This document shows positions 1 to 11,309 of a stretch of 64,000 nucleotides of DNA, piece after piece. The DNA comes from Eledone cirrhosa (lineage: Eukaryota). Position 1 is the first letter of the stretch; every line of letters starts with the position of its first letter. The position numbers and the translations under genes were made by a program. Under the pieces are notes generated by a model. That model saw only the letters and a program-made list of their open reading frames with translations, was not told the origin of the DNA and searched no databases. The stretch lies in NCBI GenBank assembly GCA_964016885.1, contig OZ024741.1, positions 68,014,001 to 68,078,000 of the forward strand, written 5' to 3'.

Positions 1-1205
1 TAGGAGCACCGAACTGTGCAACCCTTAAATATATCCATAACTCCTCGTATTTTTGCCTTATGTAAAATGCATTCGGAGCGCAATCCACCTGAGGTGAATC
101 CAACAAAAACGATTTTTCCCTATAAGTCTAAAACATCCTAATGTATATATATATATATATATATATTACCGCATATTTCGACTACTTAGTACATGATTTA
201 ACATATATTGATACTAGCTACCAACATAAGCTCTAATAAAAACAAATGAGTACATACATTTAATAGGTAGTACTACATTTCATAGACTTTTAAAGGCTGA
301 TTAACGGTAAAGATACCTAGCACCAATGGAAAGATTCTGTTTCAACCAGCTGCCTTCAACTGCGCGCATGTGTGCCCGCACACACGTGCTTGTGTTTATG
401 TAAACCTGCATACACAAATACACACACAGCCACCCATACACACAGACAGGCACACACAGAGACACACACACATACACACAGACACACACACATACACACA
501 ATCACATACACACACATATATATATATATATATACAGAGAGAGAGAGGGAGAGAGGGGTTGAGAGAAATCAATGCGTGTATATATATATATATGTGTACA
601 TGAGTGTGTATGTATGCATGCATGTATGTATCTATGTGCATGCGAGTGCATGTATTGCTTTTACATCCGGCTATCATCATTCAATTCATCTCTTCTTTTA
701 CTTTTTATCTAATATACGTTTATATAATGTAATAGGTTGATGAAGGTGGGGGGATGGTGGAGGGGGTGGGTGAGGTGAGGGGGAGGAGGAGGAGGAGGAG
801 GGGGAGGAGAAGAAGAAGAAGAAGAAGAAGAAGAAGAAGAAGAAACGTCATACACACATTGAAATGAAGAACGATTACAAATGAAAACAAGAAAGATTTT
901 CTATGTTGTTCCGCCATCGTTACTGAAGCTACAACAGAGTAAATACAAAAAATACATTAACTTTGATCGATACGGAACCAATGAAGTATCCGTAAACGCA
1001 GTACCAAGCGTTAAAGACCCACCGCCATAAATAGAATTGAGTGGAGCAAACGATAAGTGTGCTGGCTGAATCATTGGTTTGGATTAGTTTTGTGTATGTG
1101 TATATATATATGTGTGTGTGTGTGTGCGTGTGCGCGCGCGCGCATGTGTGTGAGTATGTCTGTGTATGTTTGTATGTGTATGGGCTATATATATATATAT
1201 ATATA

Positions 1206-1430
1206 TATGAAAGACGTAAAATAAGAAAATTTTAAAAATTAAAAATCAACTTACTAAAATTTTAGTAAGTAAGTTGATTTTTAATTTTTAAAATTTTCTT
1301 ATTTTACGTCTTTCATATAATTGTTCTGCACCCCCCTGCATAGAACCACATCGGTACTAAGACATAACTTATATATTTGCTAGCATGAGTGTACATCTGT
1401 ACACTCATGTTGGTAGATGTACTAATTCTC
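1206..1430. mobile_element. Short foldback insertion in (TA)n, same family as 15028-15832
   Basis: Palindrome ATGAAAGACGTAAAATAAGAAAAT...ATTTTCTTATTTTACGTCTTTCAT at 1207-1317. The rest (to ~1430) resembles 15711-15830. Flanked by TA repeats. Confidence 0.6.
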
Positions 1431-1585
1431 TCTCTCTCTATATATATATATATATGTATAAGTTCTATTTAAATTGTTGGGATACAACAAGCAAATATTT
1501 TTATAACTGATATAAAGCACTCAACAAATATTTGGAGTAAAAATACGATATTAACAAATGGAAACTATATTTATAAAACCATATT

Positions 1586-1650
1586 TATTTCATTATACAT
1601 ATTTCAAGGACACCAAGTTAAATTATGGTGTGCTTTCATCAGATAAAATA
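1586..1650 (-). ncRNA. Type I hammerhead ribozyme (inverted copy)
   Basis: Reverse complement of the 1759-1823 motif with one stem II mismatch. Confidence 0.8.
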
Positions 1651-1758
1651 TAATATAGATCAGTTTTATAAATAGATATTGACATACCCTTAAAAAATGC
1701 ACAGTAATGGTTGCATTTTTTAAGGGTCAATATTTATTTATAAAACTGATCTATATTA

Positions 1759-1823
1759 TATTTTATCTGATGAAAGGACACCATAATTTAACTTGGTGTC
1801 CTTGAAATATGTATAATGAAATA
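1759..1823 (+). ncRNA. Minimal type I hammerhead ribozyme
   Basis: TATTTTAT-CTGATGA-AAGGACACCA/TGGTGTCCTT (10 bp stem II)-GAAA-TATGTA-TA-ATGAAATA (stem I partner). Confidence 0.85.
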
Positions 1824-1863
1824 AATATGGTTTTATAAATATAGTTTCCATTTGTTAATATCG

Positions 1864-1900
<37 letters not shown>

Positions 1901-1907
1901 AGGAAAA

Positions 1908-2009
1908 GAGTCGGGGTTAAACATTACCTATTACCCACTCTATTACCCTAAGTATCGAGTACTCTGGTGCGTTATGATCTACCTGGTAACTTACCATACC
2001 CTCTTTGTT
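1908..2009 (+). mobile_element. 3' terminal fragment of abundant Naiad-like PLE family A
   Basis: GTCGGGGTTAAACATT...GAGTACTCTGGTGCGTTATG matches the reverse complement of 48619-48720 and ends at (TA)n. Confidence 0.7.
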
Positions 2010-2194
2010 ATATATATATATATATATGGGGGATGCATGTCTGTGGGTGTGTGTGCATGTATGAGTCTGTGTGTCGGTGTATGGTGTATGGGAATATGTG
2101 TGAACGTAAGAATATGTGTACGTATGTAGATGTGTGTATATGTTGGGACCAGATAAGTCGTATATACAAATTCCTTATTTATTTCTATTTCATA

Positions 2195-2860
2195 TAATAA
2201 TTGTTTCTACTTTTTGACACAAGGCCAGCAAATACCCAGTACATTACTGGTACTTTATTTTATCGACCCCGTAAGGATGAAAGGCAAAGTTAACCTCGGC
2301 GGGATTTGAACTCAGACCATAAAGAGCCGTAACTGTGCTGCAAAGCATGGCGTCCGACCCTCTACCGATACTGCCACTCCTATAATAATTGTTTCTACTT
2401 TTTGGCACAAGGCCAGCAATTATCCCAGTGTATTACTGGTACTTTATTTTATCGACCCCGTAAGGATGAAAGGAAAAGTTAACCTCGGCGGGATTTGAAC
2501 TCAGTCCGTAAAGGGACGTCCTATAATAATCCTTTTCAGTAATACGTTTTGCGCATAAGTCTATATACATACATGCATACATACATACATACATACATAC
2601 ATACATACATACATACATACATACATACATACATACATGCATACATACACACTTGTATCTATCCCTTTTACATTATTATCCACCCATTAGCAGTATCGGT
2701 AGAGCGTCGGACACCATGCTTTGCATCATAGAGTTATGGCCCTTCAACTTCCGCCGAGGTTAACTTTGCCTTTCATCCTTACGAGGTCGATAAAATAAAG
2801 TAGCAGTAATACACTGGAGTAATTGCTGGCCTTGTGCCAAAAGTAGAAACAATTATTATC
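2195..2860. mobile_element. Cluster of three tRNA-derived SINEs (two on -, one on +)
   Basis: Box A-like GGCAGTATCGG, box B GAGTTCAAATC, conserved core GCCTTTCATCCTTACGGGGTCGATAAAATAAAGTACCAG and an (ATT)n-like tail. Copies at ~2195-2380, 2383-2520 and 2688-2860. Confidence 0.85.
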
Positions 2861-2954
2861 CACCAATTTTACTCCTATTCCATCCTACTCTTATTCTCTC
2901 TCGCTCTCTTTTTTGCTATATATATATCTCTCTCTCTCTCTCACTCTTTATATA

Positions 2955-3022
<68 letters not shown>

Positions 3023-3326
3023 CAACTAATCAAAGTGTGTATACATTTTGGGGGGACGCCTTTTATATATGTATATGTGTGTGTGTGTGTGTCTCTGTGT
3101 GCGTGTCTGTGTGTGTGTGTCTGTATATATATATATTTACATATATTTATATATAAATATACATTTTGAGTATATGTTGGTTGTTTGCTGACACCTCAGT
3201 ATGCATATTGGAGCACTCGACGAAGTATCCAGGTTGGTTTGTTTACTCCGGAGTAATGTAAAATAAAATAAAATAATTAAGTCAAATATGTAAAATTTGG
3301 CTTCGTTTATTATAAATTATAGATAT

Positions 3327-3381
3327 ACTGCTATATATATTTCGGCCACAGCCATCATTGGCTGTGACCTTTTCAGGCAGT
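3327..3381 (-). ncRNA. Type I hammerhead, G8A-mutated inverted copy
   Basis: Reverse complement of 3598-3652 but the core reads CTGAAAA. Confidence 0.7.
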
Positions 3382-3597
3382 CCGAATTGGTGTGGGAAAG
3401 ACAGGTACATATCTTGTTAAAGTGTGTTTTACTCCGTCAATACTCCGATATGTCCAGCTCCTGGTTGTGTTGTTATTTCTCTGAGGAACTGAAATCAGAG
3501 AAATAACAACACAACCAGGAGCTGGACATATTGATGTATTGACGGAGTAAAACACACTTCAACAACATGTGTACCTGTCTTTCCCACACCAATTCGG

Positions 3598-3652
3598 ACT
3601 GCCTGAAGAGGTCACAGCCAATGATGGCTGTGACCGAAATATATATAGCAGT
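3598..3652 (+). ncRNA. Minimal type I hammerhead ribozyme
   Basis: ACTGC-CTGAAGA-GGTCACAGCC/GGCTGTGACC-GAAA-TATATA-TA-GCAGT, with perfect stems I and II. Confidence 0.9.
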
Positions 3653-3731
3653 ATATCTATAATTTATAATAAACGAAGCCAAATTTTACATATTTGACTT
3701 AATTATTTTATATATAAATATATATATATGA

Positions 3732-3762
<31 letters not shown>

Positions 3763-3883
3763 GAGACACGCAGACACACACACACACACACAAACACAAA
3801 CACACACACACATATATATTTGATATATATTTATCCTTATCGTCGAGCCATCTTTAGATTCTAGTTTTCAAATTTATTATTAT

Positions 3884-3994
<111 letters not shown>

Positions 3995-4112
3995 GTGTTC
4001 TCTGTTTGAAATCCGTAAAGAATGCAATTCAGGGTACTCGATGCGCATATAGTCGCAGAGTCGGTACAGTTTGAATGTAAAGTCTGACTGAGAGAGATAA
4101 AGAGAGAATTTG

Positions 4113-4163
<51 letters not shown>

Positions 4164-4167
<4 letters not shown>

Positions 4168-6108
4168 ATGATGGCTGCGCGTTGCAAATGGTGGTGCATA
4201 TGAAAAAGTAAGTCCTTCATCAGTGACCCTCCAACCGTCACAGGCATTTCATCGCTTTAAGGGCCATATGCCTCAGGTTGGTGCGAACAACGGCTAAAAA
4301 AAGTCGTTGGGACACGTAAATAAAGGGGACGTTAGGGTAACAAACAAAATGGTTTAAGCAACGGAAAGTGAGAAGAAATAGACAAGTCCCAGATCTCTAT
4401 GAATATAAACTCGGTGAAATCGTGAACAAGAGACAAAAGACCATCAAACCTGGTTGAAATGTGAGCAAGGAAGGAATTTCGCACAGGTCTGACGGGGGGA
4501 AGAAAAGGAAGAAGAAGAAGAAGAAGAAGAAGAAGAAGAAGAAGAAGAAGAAGAAGAAGAAGAAGAAGAAGAAGAAGAAGAAGAAGAAGAAGAAGAAGAA
4601 GAAGAAGAAGAAGAAGAAGAAGAAGAAGAAGAAGAAGAAGAAGGGGTCTGGTCTACGAATTCGGTAAACATAAGTTTTGTGAAGTCGCAGACGAAAGAGA
4701 GAGAGAAAACAATTCCATACCAGCTTGACCAGGACGCGCGAGAAAAGAATTACACACAGGTCAAACTTGAAGGAGGAGGAGGAAAGAGGAGGAGGAGAGG
4801 TAGTGACAGAGAATGAGTGGGTGAAAGTTGAGGAGGGGGCTAACAGAGAGAGAGACTGCTAGAAAGGGTAAAAGGTACAAAGAACGTGAAAGGGTAAAGG
4901 TACAAAAACGAAACAGACGGGTAGCAGCAGAAGAAAAATTATGTGTAAATATGATAATAATGATGGCTGCGCGTTGCAAATGGTGGTGCATATGAAAAAG
5001 TAAGTCCTTCATCAGTGACCCTCCAACCGTCCCAGGCATTTCATCGCTTTAAGGGCCATATGCCTCAGGTTGGTGCGAACAACGGCTAAAAAAAGTCGTT
5101 GGGACACGTAAATAAAGGGGACGTTAGGGTAACAAACAAAATGGTTTAAGCAACAGAAAGTGAGAAGGTTCACGATTTCACCGAGTTTATATTCATAGAG
5201 ATCTGGGACTTGTCTATTTCTTCTCACTTTCCGTTGCTTAAACCATTTTGTTTGTTACACTAACGTCCCCTTTATTTACGTGTCCCAACGACTTTTTTTA
5301 GCCGTTGTTCGCACCAACCTGAGGCATATGGCCCTTAAAGTGATGAAATGCCTGGGACGGTTGGAGGGTCACTGATGAAGGACTTACTTTTTCATATGCA
5401 CCACCATTTGCAACGCGCAGCCATCATTATTATCATATTTACACATAATTTTTCTTCTGCTGCTACCCGTCTGTTTCGTTTTTGTACCTTTACCCTTTCA
5501 CGTTCTTTGTACCTTTTACCCTTTCTAGCAGTCTCTCTCTCTGTTAGCCCCCTCCTCAACTTTCACCCACTCATTCTCTGTCACTACCTCTCCTCCTCCT
5601 TCAAGTTTGACCTGTGTGTAATTCTTTTCTCGCGCGTCCTGGTCAAGCTGGTATGGAATTTTTTTCTCTCTCTCTTTCGTCTGCGACTTCACAAAACTTA
5701 TGTTTACCGAATTCGTAGACCAGACCCCTTCTTCTTCTTCTTCTTCTTCTTCTTCTTCTTCTTCTTCTTCTTCTTCTTCTTCTTCTTCTTCTTCTTCTTC
5801 TTCTTCCTTTTCTTCCCCCCGTCAGACCTGTGCGAAATTCCTTCCTTGCTCACATTTCAACCAGGTTTGATGGTCTTTTGTCTCTTGTTCACGATTTCAC
5901 CGAGTTTATATTCATAGAGATCTGGGACTTGTCTATTTCTTCTCACTTTCCGTTGCTTAAACCATTTTGTTTGTTACTCTAACGTCCCCTTTATTTACGT
6001 GTCCCAACGACTTTTTTTAGCCGTTGTTCGCACCAACCTGAGGCATATGGCCCTTAAAGCGATGAAATGCCTGGGACGGTTGGAGGGTCACTGATGAAGG
6101 ACTTACTT

Positions 6109-6116
<8 letters not shown>
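4164..6116. mobile_element. Non-coding ~790 bp unit in tandem plus inverted arrangement, with internal (GAA)n, inserted in (TA)n
   Basis: Unit 4164-4955 restarts at 4956 (partial, to 5168). 5169-6116 is ~1.2 units in reverse orientation. Confidence 0.7.
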
Positions 6117-6139
<23 letters not shown>

Positions 6140-6173
6140 CACGCATGCATATATATATATATATATATATATA

Positions 6174-6362
6174 ACGAAGAAAGTGTGGTAAGAAACCAGA
6201 TGGACCATAACGCATCAGAGTACTCAATACTTAGGGTAGTAAAGTGGGTAATAGGAAAATGTTTAACCCCGACGGCAGGGCTCAAGCTGTTTCGACGGCT
6301 ATTTCTGATTCAGAAATAGCCGTCGAAACGGTCTGACCTCTGCCGTCGGGGTTAAACATTTT

Positions 6363-6365
<3 letters not shown>
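6174..6365. mobile_element. Family A (Naiad-like PLE 3' end) short foldback
   Basis: AACGAAG...GACGGCTATTTCTG|ATT|CAGAAATAGCCGTC...TTTTCC between TA tracts. Confidence 0.8.
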
Positions 6366-6420
<55 letters not shown>

Positions 6421-6497
6421 GATATATAGATATACATATACATATACATATAGATATATAGATATATACATATATACATATAGATATATAGATACAT

Positions 6498-6528
<31 letters not shown>

Positions 6529-6545
6529 GATATATAGATATATAG

Positions 6546-6657
<112 letters not shown>

Positions 6658-6864
6658 ATCTCTATGTGTGAGTATGTGTTTATACTTGTTTGAATGCTCG
6701 TATGTGTATGTATGCGTGTATTGGTCGTTGCAATATATGTTTGTGTTCAACACAGCAGCAGGCATTAGACTGTGTAACTCACTGAACGCTAGATGGAGCT
6801 GATTCGTCTAGATTTGTTTGTATGAGCAGCAGCAGCATCATTGTTAACATCATTAACATCCCGG

Positions 6865-7340
6865 TCAGGATGGTGATGATGATGGTGATGGTGATGGTGG
6901 TGGTGATGGTGATGGTGATGATGATCGTCATCATAATGATGATGGTGGTGGTGGTGGTTATGATGATGATGGTGATGATGGTGATGGTGGTGGTGGTTAT
7001 GATGATGATGGTGATGATGGTGGTAGTGGTGGTTATGATGATGATGGTGGTGGTGGTGGTTATGGTGGTGGTGGTGGTTATGATGATGGTGGTGGTGGTG
7101 GTGGTGGTGGTGATGGTGATGGTGATGGTGGTGATGATGATGATGATCATCATCATAATGATTATGGTGGTGGTGATGGTTATGATGATGATGATGGTAG
7201 TGGTGGTGGTGGTGGTGGTGGTGATGATGATGGTGGTGATGATGATGGTGGTGGTGGTGGTGGTGGTGGTGGTGATGATGATGGTGGTGGTGTGGTGCTG
7301 GTGGTTATGATGATGATGGTGATGATGATGATGATGATGA
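6865..7340. repeat. (ATG/GTG)n compound microsatellite
   Basis: Direct reading. Confidence 0.95.
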
Positions 7341-7594
7341 GGAGGAGGAGGAGGGGGAGGAGGGGTAGAATAGCGATAATTATATAGAAGAACCATCATC
7401 ATCATTATCATCATCATCATCATCATCAACAACAACTGTAAGAGCCGAAACGTCTTCAACTTAATTATCATAATGAAGAACACCGCCACCACCACCCTCA
7501 TCTTGACCATTGCCATTTAAATCAACATCATCATCAACAACAATATTAGTAGCAGCAGGACCTGCGGCAAGTGTTAGTACTAATCGTGACGATT

Positions 7595-7653
<59 letters not shown>

Positions 7654-7658
7654 TGTAG

Positions 7659-7698
<40 letters not shown>

Positions 7699-7708
7699 GG
7701 TGGTGGTG

Positions 7709-7771
<63 letters not shown>

Positions 7772-7808
7772 ATGGTGTTGGTGCTGCTGGTGCTGGTGGT
7801 GGTAGTAA

Positions 7809-7840
<32 letters not shown>

Positions 7841-7841
7841 A

Positions 7842-7886
<45 letters not shown>

Positions 7887-7894
7887 CAGTAGTA

Positions 7895-7925
<31 letters not shown>

Positions 7926-7948
7926 CAGTAGTAGTAGTAGTAGTAGTG

Positions 7949-7988
<40 letters not shown>
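7595..7988. repeat. (GTA/GTT/GGT)n compound microsatellite
   Basis: Direct reading. Confidence 0.95.
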
Positions 7989-8152
7989 AAGACAACTAAA
8001 CTATGTGCTGTATTACTCGACCATTCAGACAACACTAACAACTGGCCACCAAAACCAGTGCATATTAGCACTACTACTAGAAATATTTGTAGAAATAGTA
8101 GACAAATCTCAAATTACAATCTACCAGGTTGAAAAAATATGGATACACACAC

Positions 8153-8190
<38 letters not shown>

Positions 8191-8270
8191 TGATTTACAC
8201 ATGCACATACACCTACACATACACATGCACCGACACACACATATATATATATATATATTGGTAGAGATAT

Positions 8271-8313
8271 ACAGTCCTGATGAAGGGTAATGACCCAGAA
8301 ACATGTTGATTGT
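8271..8313 (+). ncRNA. Minimal type I hammerhead ribozyme in a ~240 bp TA-flanked insert (8259-8495)
   Basis: ACAGTC-CTGATGA-A-GGGT/ACCC-A-GAAA-CATG-TT-GATTGT, with palindromic stem III ACATGT. Confidence 0.8.
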
Positions 8314-8523
8314 TCCTCAAAGCCAGTGTTGAACAAACCGAAGACAACCGTAGAATGAAGACGTATCTGAGGACCTTGCGATTTTCAGAGTCAAGTTCGA
8401 TCATCACATTGATCGTCACTCGAGCTGGTCGCCAGAGAGACGATTGTAATATGTCCAATAAATTCCATTCGTCGCAACACTGATTATCATTTTTTCTGTG
8501 ATATATACATATATATGTATATA

Positions 8524-8604
<81 letters not shown>

Positions 8605-8661
8605 TTATTTATATATGTATGTATATATGTATGTATATATATATATATTTGTATGTATATA

Positions 8662-8713
<52 letters not shown>

Positions 8714-8726
8714 CATATATATGTGA

Positions 8727-8842
8727 AGGCGTGTGGCTGAGTGGTTAGAGTATTGGATTCACAATCGTGAGGTTGTGAGTTCGATTCCTGAACCAGGCGA
8801 TGCGTTATGTCCTTGAGCAAGACACTTTATTTCACGTTGCTC
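8727..8842 (+). mobile_element. tRNA-derived CORE-type SINE
   Basis: Box A TGGCTGAGTGG, box B GAGTTCGATTCC, CORE-like TGTCCTTGAGCAAGACACTT. Confidence 0.75.
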
Positions 8843-9013
8843 CTTCTACCTGGAGTTGCGACCGATAGATAGTATTAGCAATTGGAAAGACCAACGGAAA
8901 CATAGTTTCCTCGGTCCGATTTGACGAAAGTCGATCGACTAGAAAAAAAAATACATATATATGTATATATATATATATATACATATATATGTATATATAT
9001 ATATATATACATA

Positions 9014-9056
<43 letters not shown>

Positions 9057-9375
9057 GTATATATATATGTATATATATATATATATGTATATATATGTAT
9101 ATATATATGTATATATATATATATGTATATATATACACACATGTATATATATATATATATATATATATAGTATTAAGGGTACTATTAATGGTTATGTATG
9201 CAATAAAACCTTTAATGGTAATATATTATATATACAAACCCTAAATAGTGAAAGATAGTCATTAATTACTATCCTATTACCAGTAAGATAAATAGCTCAA
9301 TGTAATAACATCAGTTGTTTTACAGAGCAGTTATATGGAGATTACAATAATCAAAGTTCAGTTTAAGTCATTTAT

Positions 9376-9424
9376 TTGCTTACAATTGTTTCCTCCAAAC
9401 CGAGGTTTGGATTCTTCGGAGCAA
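9376..9424 (-). ncRNA. Type I hammerhead, U4C core variant
   Basis: TTGCT-CCGAAGA-A-TCCAAAC/GTTTGGA-G-GAAA-CAATTG-TA-AGCAA. Confidence 0.8.
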
Positions 9425-11309
9425 CTATTTACTGATCTATAACATACTTGACCTCCTTTTCAACCCAAGAGACACATAAAACATATGCTCATATTGATCA
9501 ACAGTGGGGTGACATTCATCAAATGATATAGCATGGCAATTTACATATAAAGGTTACAGGATAAAAATAAAATAAAAACAAGAATGAAAATAAAGATAAA
9601 CATGAAGCGTTGGCAGTCTATGAAGATAAAGCAAAAGGAAAGTTTAGAGTAGTCAGTGTATGAAACAATCTCACGTGTAGCATGCACGCGTGTCTTATTT
9701 ATACATGATTAGAGTGCGTCAGAATTATATTTGCAGGGTCAGGCAGTTGAAGCAGGCAATCGATCCTATTATGTGGGCTGAATTATTAAGTCATTTATTC
9801 TCATACATCTGTATGATATACAGTCTCAGATGCAGGGAAACACCAAAATATCAAAAACTTTCAACATACTATAAACCTTATTTCATCGTATCTTCGCTCA
9901 CACCACCACTCACATAATCCATGAGACGCAATATATATAGAGAACACGTGGTGGTTCAGCATATAATCAAGCTATAAACCGTATCCAGTCGGTTCATAAA
10001 TAATAGATCATGCTGTCCAGATTCCGGAAGTGTCTGAATGACTAAGGGGAATTAATGCGTAAGGGGAGGTAACTAGCTAGTTATCTTAGTTAAATTACTA
10101 TCCTAAACTACATTAATGGTGATTCAAATACGTGCCTATCATATGAAGTTATAACTAATTTCTAGAGTATGTTACCCATTTATAGGTTAGAGAGTTGTCC
10201 ATTAAGAGGTACAAGGGTGTGTATATTAGGATGATTACCATCCATTAAGGGGTGTCATATCTGAACGTTCTATAAGAAGAGTCAGACTCTCAAGTCACTG
10301 TTCCATGCAAATGTAATATAACAGTAGGACCTGGTATGGTCCCACTATTATATATGCCACCCGGTAGGCTCCGGGTCATTGCATGTCTGAATCTCCAGTA
10401 AATCTTCGGTATGGTCCGGAGATCCAATTTCTCATATAAAGGCACTAGTCTGGCCATCAAGCAATAGACAACCCCCGTCTCATATATAAATCAATTAAGT
10501 ATCACATCTACAAGCTAGAGTGGAGTCTATTAATAGGTACTAAAGGAGTTCACATCAAGATGATTACAATCTGGAGATTAAATCTCTCATACCAGGGCAC
10601 CTGTCTGGCCACCAAGCAATACATAAACCCACGTCCCACATATAGATCAGGTATCCCATCCACAAGTTAGAGTGGAGTCCAGTAACAAGCACTAAAGGAG
10701 TTCGTATCATGATGACTACAATCCAACATGGGGTGCCACACCCGGCCAATCCATAAGAAGAGTCAGACTACATAATTAACTACATGGGTCTCACTATCAG
10801 TAATGGTCTTATTATCATACATGACTCCCGGCGAGATTCAGGTCGATGACTGCATCGCCGGTAAGTTCACCAGGGTGGTCCGGTGGCCGGTTCTTTCGTC
10901 AAAAGGTGCCGGTCAGGTCACCAGGCAACACAGATGCTCCTAACTCATGCATCTCCTGTGCATAATTCATTGAACTGATCGTTTACAGTATATATTCACA
11001 TAACAATACGATTATCTATCTAATCATCAATCTATCTCTTGGTGGGAATCCATGCACAGGACTATGTTATCGCAACCAGTACCGTGTCCCCAGTTTATAC
11101 TAATCTTATATTTGTGCAATGCAGAATAAGTAGTCCACGGTCGAGATATCAGAATTAGAGGTACAAGGGGGTATTCCCAGGGTAGGTGGTACTAAAATGC
11201 TGTCAGTATTATCTTTAGAGTATAGAAATGGGTGTGGATGTGAGGTGTAAGGTGTGCTACTGATGTTAATTGCTAGGGGTGGTGCCGGTTCCAGTCTGAC
11301 ATTATTATA

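Larger units (their letters stand above)
1460..1866. mobile_element. PLE-type foldback insertion with two inverted hammerheads
   Basis: Inverted arms ~1543-1700 and ~1710-1866 plus a ~80 nt single-copy extension, between TA tracts. Diverged relative of 26418-26875. Confidence 0.75.
3170..3710. mobile_element. PLE-type foldback insertion with two inverted hammerheads
   Basis: ~210 bp inverted arms (3272-3485 and 3495-3708) plus a ~100 nt extension, TA flanks. Confidence 0.75.

Noticed and set aside
8727-8800. tRNA-like sequence
   Set aside because: No closed acceptor stem, and it continues into a CORE-like domain, so it is a SINE head.
8886-8942. Two adjacent hairpins, one with a GAAA tetraloop
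   Set aside because: No ribozyme core and only a single occurrence, so it cannot be assigned.
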